Counted from the stretch's first letter, positions 17,617-26,450 are shown. The stretch: DNA of 64,000 bases from a virus (IMGVR_UViG_3300022562_001204:142551-206550), one strand, 5' to 3'. The notes: a model not told the origin generated them from the sequence alone. Program-made: numbers and translations.

Positions 17617-18501
17617 TTAGACGAAGTCGTTGATGTATTCGCCGTTTTCAACAGCGAGGGTGAAAACGCGGAGAAGCGTACCGCTTACAGAGACGGCCAG
17701 CTGCACGGAGATGTTCTCCTCTTGCATGGGCTGAATGGCGAAGGTGTATGCTGGATGGGTGGTGTCCTCAGAACCCCTGAGTTCACGTAGCGTCGAGAAG
17801 ATCCGCTTGCCAGTCTTGCGATCGAGCATGTAGGACTTCCCTTCCAGGAACCGAGTGAGTTCCTTGAGGGCGTCGACGTCTGACAGTTCTGAGGAGGAGG
17901 ATGCGTAGAGATGGGCGGCGCTGTACCACTCCTTGACCCCGAAGCCCAGGGTCGCCGTCGGGTCTGTGTTTCCGTCGACCATGACCCAGCCACGCTTCTC
18001 GGGATTCCACTCGCGGAGCGTGTAGAGATTCCCGGCAGAGCCGGTCTTCAGCCAGTGAAGACCGCGGACCTCCCGGTATTCCATCGGAGGGATTGGGATC
18101 TTGATGATGTACGTGTAGTACGTCTCCTCGTCCAAGGCTTCAATCTCGGCCTGTGTATCCGGGAGACGCCGAGGCAGCGGAATGTCCCCAGAGGCCACCG
18201 CCTTCTCGAAGAGCCCGATGGCGTTGGCGACCACTGCTTCCGAAAGCTTGTCGGTAATCTCAAAGGCCCGACTCAGGTAGAGGTACTGCTCAAACCCCTT
18301 GTGAGTCATCAGGGTCTGCCCGGCCGGGTAGTCCATGATGGGGTCTTCCATCGCCGTCTCACTGAAGGCCAGCTGGAGTAGGACTCCAAACTCATTGGCA
18401 CGGAGTACGAAGGCCAGCGGTTGTCTGGAGAACTCATTGATCCAGTACTGCCCGGCCTTGTACGTGGGCGCAACCTTCTCTGTGGGAACCACGTCGTTCA
18501 T
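17617..18501 (-). CDS. Hypothetical protein (294 aa)
   Basis: Long ORF tiled in an operon; GC3-rich codons. Confidence 0.7.
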   Translation of the reverse strand: MNDVVPTEKVAPTYKAGQYWINEFSRQPLAFVLRANEFGVLLQLAFSETAMEDPIMDYPAGQTLMTHKGFEQYLYLSRAFEITDKLSEAVVANAIGLFEKAVASGDIPLPRRLPDTQAEIEALDEETYYTYIIKIPIPPMEYREVRGLHWLKTGSAGNLYTLREWNPEKRGWVMVDGNTDPTATLGFGVKEWYSAAHLYASSSSELSDVDALKELTRFLEGKSYMLDRKTGKRIFSTLRELRGSEDTTHPAYTFAIQPMQEENISVQLAVSVSGTLLRVFTLAVENGEYINDFV

Positions 18502-19145
18502 GCAACTCTCCGGTTTTCGGTCTCCGCAGTCGGAAGACCGTTAAGAATTCGATGCCCTCGAATCACGAGGGTCTTTTGCTCCTCCCACTTTGGATGGGAG
18601 GCTGTCAGGTTCAGGGTGACCCTGGGTTTGTTGTCCACGATCGGAGCCAAATGGTCCGTGGTCAAAACAAGGGTGCAACGGGTAAGCTGCCGCCAGTCTT
18701 TGACCCTGGCCTCCTGACCAAAGAGGTTCAGCCCGATGGTCTCCATCATCTGCTGGGTCTTTTCTGAGTCGCTACCCAGGCAGATGCGGTCAAAACAGTC
18801 GACGCCCCGGATCACCTTGGTATTCAGCAGGTGATGATCCGTCGGCGCCACAAACAGGCAAGGTGCCCCCTTCATGGGGAGGTCATCCGTATTCAGCAGC
18901 TCACCCACGAAGTTCAAAGGGTGAAGTTCTCGGACATGTTCCGCAAACAGGTAGACGTTCGTCACCTTGTTCTTCTCACGGACAGAGATCACGAACCTCT
19001 TGAAGTTCGGATGGGCGGCCTCAGCCTCCACACAAGGGAGTATGTACAACTCATCCCAGCTAGAAAAGCTCTCCGTCCTGGAGGGCTTCGCATTTCGGTT
19101 CAACCGTCCATCCTTCGTGACGGCGATGAGCTTGATCTGTGGCAT
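18498..19145 (-). CDS. Hypothetical protein
   Basis: ATGA overlap with the next gene; likely start ATG 19145 (GGAAGG SD). Confidence 0.7.
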   Translation of the reverse strand: MPQIKLIAVTKDGRLNRNAKPSRTESFSSWDELYILPCVEAEAAHPNFKRFVISVREKNKVTNVYLFAEHVRELHPLNFVGELLNTDDLPMKGAPCLFVAPTDHHLLNTKVIRGVDCFDRICLGSDSEKTQQMMETIGLNLFGQEARVKDWRQLTRCTLVLTTDHLAPIVDNKPRVTLNLTASHPKWEEQKTLVIRGHRILNGLPTAETENRRVA

Positions 19146-19205
19146 ACCTTCCCTTCCCAGTACTGCGTTGAACACTAGATACCCTGCGACCAGCTGATTT
19201 TACAG

Positions 19206-19418
19206 CTACTCAATCTGAAGGTGCTCGTACTTTTTGGGTTTGTTTGCGCATCGTGAAGCTGCGGTTTTCTTCGACTTGACCGCCATCTCTACCACGAATT
19301 TTTCCAGAATCTCGGTGTCTTTCTGATGTTCGCCAGTATTGGCACTCAATTTCCGCCAGCCGGTCTTGGTCTTGAATGACTTTGCTATCGACCATCTGTT
19401 AGTTCGCATGCTCTTCAT
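19206..19418 (-). CDS. Small basic protein (70 aa), paralog 1
   Basis: MKSMRTNRWS...ANKPKKYEHLQIE. Confidence 0.75.
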   Translation of the reverse strand: MKSMRTNRWSIAKSFKTKTGWRKLSANTGEHQKDTEILEKFVVEMAVKSKKTAASRCANKPKKYEHLQIE

Positions 19419-19482
19419 GAATATTTTCCATTCCCAGTACTGGGTTGAACACCCAGTACCTTACGACAAGTTGGTTTTACAG

Positions 19483-19695
19483 CTACTTAATCCGAAGATG
19501 TTCGTGCTTCAGGGGTTTGTTGGCATAGTGCGAAAGCAGGTTCTTATCCGACCGGACGTCCACAGCTGCCGAGACTTTGTACAGGATCGCGGTGACTTTC
19601 CCTTCCTCGCCAATGTCAGCGGTCAGCTTATGCCAGCCCGGCTGGGTCTTGAACGACGGCAGTGTCGACCATTTGTTATCGCGCATGCTCTTCAT
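19483..19695 (-). CDS. Small basic protein (70 aa), paralog 2
   Basis: MKSMRDNKWS...ANKPLKHEHLRIK. Confidence 0.75.
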   Translation of the reverse strand: MKSMRDNKWSTLPSFKTQPGWHKLTADIGEEGKVTAILYKVSAAVDVRSDKNLLSHYANKPLKHEHLRIK

Positions 19696-20101
19696 GGGTG
19701 CCTTGCCTTCTGATAACTCGATATGCCTCCCTCCACGACTCCTCGGATTCTCTGTACTTTACAATTGTTCTGAATCTATCGAAGAAGATCTGAGGACAAG
19801 CTGACTTGAAGTCGAATGTCGTATTTCCAACCTGATTCTTATTAATCAAGTTGCCAGGATACTCGGGTTTTCCAAGACTGCGGGGAAGGAACGACTTTGA
19901 AACACAGCTTTCTGCGTTAACAAGCAGTTTGACATCAGGGTAGTAAAGAACTTCAACTTTAGACCATTCTCGTGGCTTTACTGCCCAGGGTAGTTGGGTG
20001 ATCAGCTGCTCTGTATAGAGAGTCTTATGGATGAGCGGTGACCACACCGAGAGATACGTGTCCGGCTCGGGTACCTTCTTAGCTGGCTTAATACGTCTCA
20101 T
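19676..20101 (-). CDS. Small basic hypothetical protein (MRRIKPAKK...)
   Basis: Start moved to ATG 20101 (AGGAG SD). Confidence 0.6.
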   Translation of the reverse strand: MRRIKPAKKVPEPDTYLSVWSPLIHKTLYTEQLITQLPWAVKPREWSKVEVLYYPDVKLLVNAESCVSKSFLPRSLGKPEYPGNLINKNQVGNTTFDFKSACPQIFFDRFRTIVKYRESEESWREAYRVIRRQGTHEEHAR

Positions 20102-20109
20102 AGCACTAG

Positions 20110-20433
20110 CTACTCCTGAGGAGGTTCCCACCAGCGGGTGGGCTTGAGCGCTTCGATAGATGTTTTCGACGCACCCGCACTGTAGTCCAAGGGGTTCTTG
20201 TAGCAGGTGCTGATTTGCATCAGCGTAAACCTGACTTTCTCATGGGGTCGATTCCTGCAAGGGTTCTTACCCAGTCGAAGATCCCTGGCAGCTGGCGCCA
20301 TATACGACGGTATCGACGTTTCCGGGTCCTGTAGCTTGGTTCGACCTGTCTCGACGATCTCTCCCCTGATCTTAAAACCAGGAGGTTTTCGAGAGCGGAA
20401 GATGGTTTTCCCCCCGCACGCCAGTCGTTTCAT
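20110..20433 (-). CDS. Small basic hypothetical protein (MKRLACGGK...)
   Basis: GGAGG SD; tiles with its neighbours. Confidence 0.6.
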   Translation of the reverse strand: MKRLACGGKTIFRSRKPPGFKIRGEIVETGRTKLQDPETSIPSYMAPAARDLRLGKNPCRNRPHEKVRFTLMQISTCYKNPLDYSAGASKTSIEALKPTRWWEPPQE

Positions 20434-20448
20434 GTGTACCTACCTCCA

Positions 20449-20472
20449 GGAGTAGCCTGAACAGGCTACTCC
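20449..20472. terminator. Intergenic hairpin
   Basis: GGAGTAGCCTG-aa-CAGGCTACTCC. Confidence 0.6.
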
Positions 20473-20482
20473 TTTATGACAG

Positions 20483-20761
20483 CTATCTGGTAAACCAGGA
20501 AAGCATTGCGGAAATGTCACCAGAGAAAGCTTTATCTGCCAGTCCCTGGACCGGAGAAGTGTCTTTCTCTAGGTATGTCCTCATCAACTTCTCTTCGAGC
20601 GAGCGGTCTTTATAGAGAACAGCCGCACTGAACCGGCAGTCGTCCTTTTTAAGATCGTCGTGAATGACGGGCTTGTCCCTGATACATTCAGGGGTTCTGA
20701 TAGTCATGCTCCGACGAGACGACCCTTTCGGGATCTTTTTCCACGGAGTGAGCCGGTTCAT
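20483..20761 (-). CDS. Small basic hypothetical protein (MNRLTPWKK...)
   Basis: ATGA overlap with the upstream ORF; hairpin follows the stop. Confidence 0.6.
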   Translation of the reverse strand: MNRLTPWKKIPKGSSRRSMTIRTPECIRDKPVIHDDLKKDDCRFSAAVLYKDRSLEEKLMRTYLEKDTSPVQGLADKAFSGDISAMLSWFTR

Positions 20762-20955
20762 GGCTCATCAAGGACGTCGGTGTCTTTTTCCAGGTCATGG
20801 ACCTGCTTAATGCCAGTATTATCGACTGCTGCCTTTTGGCCGGACAGACGTTCGAGGGGTTTACCGCTGCATGCATACTTATCCAGAGACACCCTGTCCT
20901 TGACTTCGGATAAGTACGTCATGAGGAAACGACCACCTGAGTTGACTCGACGCAT
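20758..20955 (-). CDS. Small hypothetical protein (MRRVNSGGR...)
   Basis: TATATAAAGGAG leader. Confidence 0.65.
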   Translation of the reverse strand: MRRVNSGGRFLMTYLSEVKDRVSLDKYACSGKPLERLSGQKAAVDNTGIKQVHDLEKDTDVLDEP

Positions 20956-20980
20956 GGTGTTACTCCTTTATATATGTCAG

Positions 20981-21014
20981 CATGAGAGCACTAGGGTCCC
21001 CTAGTGCTCTCATG
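20981..21014. terminator. Intergenic hairpin
   Basis: CATGAGAGCACTAGGG-tc-CCCTAGTGCTCTCATG. Confidence 0.7.
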
Positions 21015-21019
21015 TATGG

Positions 21020-21364
21020 TTATTCAAGAATTTCATCATCATCCCAGGGAAACCATCCCAGGATCTTAAAAAGATACTGCTGAGTCTCATTAGCGCCAAT
21101 CATCGCCTTGGCTTCGATGTTACCGTCGGGGCTATTGGACGGTTTTCCATCTCCATACCCGGAACAGTCCAGCTTTTGATCAACGACCTCCGCAATACGG
21201 GCCTCTCTGTAGAGGGCCTGGGCGTCACACGTCGTGTCCTTCGTGGTGTTCCCCATATAGCAGCCATGTTTGACGATAAACTCATAGTCGACATTAACCA
21301 TGGTAACCCAGCGCCGTGGACGAACCTTAGTCATCTGTCCGCCAAAACCTCCAGTTCTTCTCAT
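21020..21364 (-). CDS. Small hypothetical protein (MRRTGGFGG...)
   Basis: AAGGAA SD; hairpin follows the stop. Confidence 0.55.
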   Translation of the reverse strand: MRRTGGFGGQMTKVRPRRWVTMVNVDYEFIVKHGCYMGNTTKDTTCDAQALYREARIAEVVDQKLDCSGYGDGKPSNSPDGNIEAKAMIGANETQQYLFKILGWFPWDDDEILE

Positions 21365-21584
21365 TCGAGTGTTCCTTGTGCGGCTTATGGGCAGCGTCTA
21401 TTTTAGCTTTGGCGGTCGGAATCTGCCACTCTGCTACGGTTTTCATACCCAGGGAGCGGTCATTCTTCGATTTCAAGCAAAAGAGACTGAAGTATTCTGA
21501 GGTACTGCTGGACAGAGGTTCCAGGTTGATCAGCTTGAACGCCGTACGGTGGTCTTTTCTCCACCGAGGAGGTCTGATAGCCAT
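21327..21584 (-). CDS. Small basic hypothetical protein
   Basis: Tiles in the minus-strand run. Confidence 0.5.
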   Translation of the reverse strand: MAIRPPRWRKDHRTAFKLINLEPLSSSTSEYFSLFCLKSKNDRSLGMKTVAEWQIPTAKAKIDAAHKPHKEHSNEKNWRFWRTDD

Positions 21585-21588
21585 GGTA

Positions 21589-21903
21589 TCACTGAGGGGG
21601 GTTTAGAGGGGATAGGCTGTACTTCCATGGCCTGTAGGTAAAGATCAACGTATGTGGCTTAGTGGGGTTCGTACAGTCGTGCTTGACTTTCCACGTCGTT
21701 TGGATCCCTATATACTTCTCTGCCATATCCATGTATATCCAACTACCTACGTCAAGTCTCGGCGTGCTAAGCTGTGTCTTTTCGAGGTCTATCATTCTCT
21801 CTTTACGAAGTACTTTATAAGGAGCCATTCGCTTGTTGACTTTATCGACGCTAGCCACTACGAACTTTGGCAGGTTCTTCTTGACGATTGGTAGCCGTTT
21901 CAT
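21589..21903 (-). CDS. Small basic hypothetical protein (MKRLPIVKK...)
   Basis: AAAGGA SD. Confidence 0.6.
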   Translation of the reverse strand: MKRLPIVKKNLPKFVVASVDKVNKRMAPYKVLRKERMIDLEKTQLSTPRLDVGSWIYMDMAEKYIGIQTTWKVKHDCTNPTKPHTLIFTYRPWKYSLSPLNPPQ

Positions 21904-22237
21904 ACCCGTCCTTTAAGTCCTTCGTACTGACGAAAACCATCTGACCGGTGATGTCATCCCTTACAGCCGCATACTGGTACTTACCATTGATAGCGAACCT
22001 CTCTTTCATTGAGAGATGGTTCACGTCACCCTTCTGTTTTTCGTCACTAGCCACCCCACGATGTTTCCGTTGGATGTAGCGCCGTTCCTTCTGAGCCACC
22101 ATTTCATCAGACAAGCAATCTCGACCGAACGTCGAGAAGTAGTCTTGATAACTCTCCTTCTGGTAGGGCTGATCAGAGTAAGCGGGACCTCGTCCTACCC
22201 GGATTTTCTCAGAGTGGGTCCATCGTGAATGGTTCAT
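21851..22237 (-). CDS. Small hypothetical protein
   Basis: Tiles in the minus-strand run. Confidence 0.55.
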   Translation of the reverse strand: MNHSRWTHSEKIRVGRGPAYSDQPYQKESYQDYFSTFGRDCLSDEMVAQKERRYIQRKHRGVASDEKQKGDVNHLSMKERFAINGKYQYAAVRDDITGQMVFVSTKDLKDGYETATNRQEEPAKVRSG

Positions 22238-22258
22238 GGTTCGATACCTATCGAAATT

Positions 22259-22600
22259 TTACGGTTTAGTCGACTTAGTGATAGGTTTGATGCGCTCAAA
22301 CCCGAAGGCAGTGCCGTCCGTTACTAAAACAAAACGGTGCTTGTCAATGCCGTAGGCCCTCTCTTTTTTTGCGGTGGTGCCCACGACGTGGTCTATTTTG
22401 TCTAAGTCTAATGCAGCCATCCGTTTTTGGGCAGAATAACGTTTCTTCGTATCCTCCACCCGTTTGTTCGATATGGCACTCCGATCACCCACGACGAGGT
22501 CATAGTCGTGGCCTATCTTTCGCCAGATACGTGAACCACAGAGTACCGTGTCTCGCACTACGACGACACGGTTAGTGAGGTTCCAGCGAGTTCCTTTCAC
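22259..22600 (-). CDS. Small basic hypothetical protein
   Basis: GTGA overlap with the upstream ORF. Confidence 0.55.
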   Translation of the reverse strand: MKGTRWNLTNRVVVVRDTVLCGSRIWRKIGHDYDLVVGDRSAISNKRVEDTKKRYSAQKRMAALDLDKIDHVVGTTAKKERAYGIDKHRFVLVTDGTAFGFERIKPITKSTKP

Positions 22601-22950
22601 GACCTGCCCTTTGGTTTTATTACGTAGTCGAGTGAAACGAATCTAGTATGGCCACAGCCATTGTCGATAAGACAACCTCTGAACTTACCGGTCGGTACCA
22701 TATGAACCTTCAGGTCGGAGAAATACACGAAGGAAAACATCTGGCTATCGCTGTTTTTGACTTGGGGTGTGGACTTACGGGTACGGGTCAATTCGAACTT
22801 AGTGTCCTCGACGGCACTCGACGGCCTGTTCTTTTCTACAAGGAAACCATGGTGCCAGATTCGGTGCTCCTCCTCTTTGCCACATAGTGCGTCGGTAAGA
22901 CGATGCTCGGTAGGAGGGAATGGCGGTCGTTTGAAGATCGGTCTATGCAT
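22597..22950 (-). CDS. Small basic hypothetical protein
   Basis: Tiles in the minus-strand run. Confidence 0.5.
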   Translation of the reverse strand: MHRPIFKRPPFPPTEHRLTDALCGKEEEHRIWHHGFLVEKNRPSSAVEDTKFELTRTRKSTPQVKNSDSQMFSFVYFSDLKVHMVPTGKFRGCLIDNGCGHTRFVSLDYVIKPKGRS

Positions 22951-22978
22951 GGGCCGAGTGCTCTAACATCTATGATGC

Positions 22979-23326
22979 TTAGGGTTGAACGACGCGTGCG
23001 TAATAGTTAACCAGGATGGTGCCCTTACGCGTAACTAGTTTTATGCTCCTGTGCTTACCAGAACGATCTGAGAGAATCTTTCCGGTGATGGTCTTTCTCA
23101 CGATCATTATCTTGTCTTCGAAATCCTCAGAATCCCTCGGAACCAAATTGAACCGTCTATTAAGATACTTTTTCTGGTTCAAGACAGTCTGGTCTACGTC
23201 CTTCTCTGGTAGAAAGTCGAATTTTTCGGTAAACTCTTTATCATCGTTGGAGATAGAGTCTTCGTAGCGATAGATGTAGACCTGGGTAGTCGTCATCGGT
23301 GTTTTCTTAAAAGTCAGTTTACGCAT
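22979..23326 (-). CDS. Small basic hypothetical protein (MRKLTFKK...)
   Basis: Tiles in the minus-strand run. Confidence 0.6.
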   Translation of the reverse strand: MRKLTFKKTPMTTTQVYIYRYEDSISNDDKEFTEKFDFLPEKDVDQTVLNQKKYLNRRFNLVPRDSEDFEDKIMIVRKTITGKILSDRSGKHRSIKLVTRKGTILVNYYARVVQP

Positions 23327-23342
23327 GACTGATCCATTCTTC

Positions 23343-23702
23343 TTACTTTCGGAGATTGAAGATCTGGTTGGGTAGGCGTTCCTTGTAGAACCCCCGGAAG
23401 ATCCCGCGACTCACCTTGAGCCCATAGACGCGGTCGAAGACCCAGTCGCTGATATACTCGTCGCTGAGGTCGTGGTTGATCTGCTCCTTGGAGTTCTGGA
23501 TCTCGCAGACTTCTGTGCAGTACCAGGCCTTGTCCTCGATGACCGGGGTGTCTTTGTCGATACCCCGGTCGGAGTCTTCTTTGTACTCCAGGTCCGGATG
23601 AAGCACCCGCTTGTTCCGCTCTGCCCCGTAATCCCTCCGGAAGAGCTTCTTTTCAATCCGTGCTGCGAGTGTGTCTTTGGATAGCGATGGAATTCTACGC
23701 AT
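23343..23702 (-). CDS. Small hypothetical protein (MRRIPSLSK...)
   Basis: TATATAAAGGAG leader before ATG 23702; the longer ORF-track start runs through a hairpin. Confidence 0.65.
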   Translation of the reverse strand: MRRIPSLSKDTLAARIEKKLFRRDYGAERNKRVLHPDLEYKEDSDRGIDKDTPVIEDKAWYCTEVCEIQNSKEQINHDLSDEYISDWVFDRVYGLKVSRGIFRGFYKERLPNQIFNLRK

Positions 23703-23734
23703 GACCACTCCTTTATATAGTCTCGACAAAAAGA

Positions 23735-23770
23735 ATAGAGAGAGGCGGGGATATCCCCGCCTCTCTCTAT
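23735..23770. repeat. Perfect 36-bp palindrome (hairpin family)
   Basis: ATAGAGAGAGGCGGGGAT|ATCCCCGCCTCTCTCTAT. Confidence 0.85.
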
Positions 23771-23773
23771 GCA

Positions 23774-24961
23774 TCACTTCGACGGAATCATGCCGATCAC
23801 ACGCGCCGGCGCGACGGTGAAACCGTTGTCCGGATCGTAGTTGAGTGCTTCCGAGAGAGTGATGCTCGTGAAATCAACATCGGTCGGCAGCGTATCCTTG
23901 CCGACTTCGGCACGGGCCAGATCAGCCTGCTCACGGGTCAGCGGCAGGAAGGTGATCACCCGGAACATACGACCCGGACGCAGCAGCGCCTTGTCCACGT
24001 CATTGATGCTGGGTAGGTTGGTCGAGATGATGACCTTCCGCTTGACACCGATGACGCCGTCCACCAGGTTCAACAGAGCCGACATGCCCGTGTTGCCCTT
24101 CTCGCGAGACTGGATGTAGACGTCCGCGTCCTCCAGGGCCACGATGGAATCGTCACCGAAGCTGGTGAGCCAGCCCGTGATGTTCGGCGATTCCAGCGCC
24201 TGGCCGTTGCTGCAAATGCCGTATTCCTTGCGATCCATCTTTTCGAAGATGGTGCGAAGGAGCGTGGACTTGCCGGTGCCCGGGGGACCGACCAGCAGCA
24301 GGACGTTGGCGTTGGAGTCTTCGAAGTCCGTCACCAGCTTGTCAACGCCGTCCTTGATGCAGGGGTAGAAGTTGTCGAAGCCGCGGTTCTTCTCGTCGAC
24401 ATACAGCAGACGGTCATGGAAAACGAAGCTGCCATCAGCGTTCACGCCAGTGAGGATCTGGATCTTCTTGCGATCGGTGGCCGCAAAGCGGTCCTTCATG
24501 GATGCATAGACCTGGTTCACCAGCTCCTTGTCACCGACCACGGAGAGGGTGAAGGGCTGGCTGCGGCCGTAGTGCGACAGGAAGACCATCAGGTGCGGAC
24601 TGCGATACTTGTCCTCGTTCGGAACGATGCCGCGCCAGACCAGGTCGGACTTGAACTCCATCGTCAGACCCATGGCATCCCAGAACTCCTGGAAGTCGGA
24701 GAAGTCAAACTTCTCGCTGTCCGGAACCTGCTCCAGGAAGGCGGCCGTCGGCACGTTCTCGTCACCACGGATCGCCCAGAGGAGCTCCGTGAAACGGATG
24801 GTGTCGATGTCCAGGTTAGTGATGATGTCCTGGAGAACCTGGAAGAAGGTGGCCTGTTGGTTGCCATTCTTCAGGGCTTCCTGCATGGCAGCGGCCAGTT
24901 CGGCGTTGGTCATGTCAGCGCTGAGTTCTTTCTTGGAGAGGTTTGCGGTGTTCGATGACAT
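23774..24961 (-). CDS. AAA+ ATPase
   Basis: Walker A GPPGTGKST; Walker B region ALEDAD; LLNLVDG; DKALLRPGR arginine finger. Confidence 0.9.
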   Translation of the reverse strand: MSSNTANLSKKELSADMTNAELAAAMQEALKNGNQQATFFQVLQDIITNLDIDTIRFTELLWAIRGDENVPTAAFLEQVPDSEKFDFSDFQEFWDAMGLTMEFKSDLVWRGIVPNEDKYRSPHLMVFLSHYGRSQPFTLSVVGDKELVNQVYASMKDRFAATDRKKIQILTGVNADGSFVFHDRLLYVDEKNRGFDNFYPCIKDGVDKLVTDFEDSNANVLLLVGPPGTGKSTLLRTIFEKMDRKEYGICSNGQALESPNITGWLTSFGDDSIVALEDADVYIQSREKGNTGMSALLNLVDGVIGVKRKVIISTNLPSINDVDKALLRPGRMFRVITFLPLTREQADLARAEVGKDTLPTDVDFTSITLSEALNYDPDNGFTVAPARVIGMIPSK

Positions 24962-24975
24962 CTGGTTCTTTCCTT

Positions 24976-25404
24976 TTAGTTGAATGATGCAGCGATGAAA
25001 CGGTAGCCGTTGATCGGGCGGGGTGTCCCCGAGAGTTCCGACTTCAGGCAGGTACGAATGATGGATCTGGCTACTTTGGTCGCTCGATGGGCCGACATGA
25101 CAGACTCGTGATAGACACGAGTCTGTCCATTATCGACATACACGGGCAAATAAGCACGGGTGTTGTTCAGCAGGAGGTCTTGGACTTCCTGCTTGCTTGG
25201 GAACTTCTCTTCCATTCGCTTGACGATAAACCGACCTCGTACCATCCCAAAGGTTCGATGACCCACTGTCGTCAGTGAAGAGTAGAGAGCTGCCGAGGTG
25301 ACAAAGAGGGCGGTACTGGCCAAGTGGAGAGAGTCGTAGTTCTTCACGGTGTCGGTCTGGGTGTCCCAGACCTTGACCTTGATTCGACGATATCTCGGCA
25401 TCAC
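24976..25404 (-). CDS. NUMOD1/IENR1-like DNA-binding repeat protein (two modules, no nuclease domain)
   Basis: IKVKVWDTQTDTVKNYDSLHLAS...GRFIVKR and YHESVMSAHRATKVARSIIRTCLKS...INGYRF. Confidence 0.6.
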   Translation of the reverse strand: MMPRYRRIKVKVWDTQTDTVKNYDSLHLASTALFVTSAALYSSLTTVGHRTFGMVRGRFIVKRMEEKFPSKQEVQDLLLNNTRAYLPVYVDNGQTRVYHESVMSAHRATKVARSIIRTCLKSELSGTPRPINGYRFIAASFN

Positions 25405-25841
25405 AAGCCCTTACCACTAGCCGCGCGGGTGAACCGATATCCACGGACAGTCCGGGGTACTCCTCGACGCTCCGATTTCAGACACTGCCGGATGGCGTAA
25501 TCGGAGATCGTCAGGAGTCTGGAGGCCAGTGCGATGGAGCAGTAGGTAGTCCGAGTGGCACCGTCATAAGCGGTCACCGGCTGAGGGGGTCGCCCGCCAG
25601 GTTTTCTGTAGCTCAGAATTTCCGCAAGGTCCGGGAATTCTTCGTCGAGTCGTCTGACGATGTACCGTTTTCGAATGACGCTGAATTTTCCCTGCTTGGA
25701 TTTTGCCATCGCGACATAGACCGCGTCCGCGGTTGCGCCGATGGCTCGAGCAGCTAGCCGAATGCAGTCGTATTGCTTGATGCTGTCGGTTCTGATATCC
25801 AGGACCTTGACCTTGACTCGGTTCGGGGCTTTGTAGTTCAT
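25401..25841 (-). CDS. NUMOD1/IENR1-like DNA-binding repeat protein, paralog of 24976..25404
   Basis: VKVKVLDIRTDSIKQYDCIRLAARAIG...YCSIALASRLLTISDYAIRQCLKS...VRGYRF. Confidence 0.6.
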   Translation of the reverse strand: MNYKAPNRVKVKVLDIRTDSIKQYDCIRLAARAIGATADAVYVAMAKSKQGKFSVIRKRYIVRRLDEEFPDLAEILSYRKPGGRPPQPVTAYDGATRTTYCSIALASRLLTISDYAIRQCLKSERRGVPRTVRGYRFTRAASGKGL

Positions 25842-26398
25842 ACTCTCTTGACGGGGACCACCCTGAAAGAAAGGAGACCAGAAGTATCGGTTCGAAGCTT
25901 CTGGAGCAGAACCTCGTGTGTCAGTTCACCCACGTAGCGGCCATGACCACGGACTTCGAGATCGAAAGGGTCCTGACCTGGATGCTGGTTGAGGCAGAGA
26001 TCTCTGGAGGGCTTGAATTCCGAAACGAAGATGCCATAGGCGATCTCCGGGTGTTCGAAGCCATCCTTGTAGATTGCTTTCAGAATTGTGTAAGCATTCC
26101 CGGAGTCGCAAACACCACCCAGGAACCCTTTCAGTGCCACTGAGGAGTGACCTCGTCCGCCAATACGCTTGCCAAACAAGTTCGAAGAGAGCTGTACGGC
26201 GACGGCGTAGTCTCTGCTATCAGGAGTGATGGGCGTGCAGACTTTCCGATTGATCAATGCGCCGCAGATTTGGTGATTGATCTTCCAGATGCCGGTGTCG
26301 ATCTGTTCGATCTTCGGGTCACCGTCGGTGATTGACATCAATACCGCGCCTGCCACCCCTGGGAATTCGGAGGTCAGGTCAGCGTCTGTCATGTACAT
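25838..26398 (-). CDS. Hypothetical protein
   Basis: ORF downstream of the promoter-like motif at 26451. Confidence 0.65.
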   Translation of the reverse strand: MYMTDADLTSEFPGVAGAVLMSITDGDPKIEQIDTGIWKINHQICGALINRKVCTPITPDSRDYAVAVQLSSNLFGKRIGGRGHSSVALKGFLGGVCDSGNAYTILKAIYKDGFEHPEIAYGIFVSEFKPSRDLCLNQHPGQDPFDLEVRGHGRYVGELTHEVLLQKLRTDTSGLLSFRVVPVKRV

Positions 26399-26450
26399 AT
26401 GCGGAAAACCTCAAGGGTTTGTAGACAGTAAAAGAGAGATAGGAGGATAT

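Larger units (their letters stand above)
19154..19696. repeat. Tandem duplication with a 277-bp period (19154..19419 and 19431..19696)
   Basis: Both copies begin TTCCCAGTACTG and end GCATGCTCTTCATG; each has a 70-aa ORF plus a conserved spacer. Confidence 0.9.

Noticed and set aside
19431-19500. CTGTAAA plus a GTTCA-loop hairpin, tRNA-Tyr-like pieces on the minus strand
   Set aside because: No anticodon stem or cloverleaf forms.
19339-19713. + strand 124-aa ORF over the tandem duplication
   Set aside because: The equivalent frame in the first copy has stops; the minus-strand ORFs have coupled starts and are the conserved ones.
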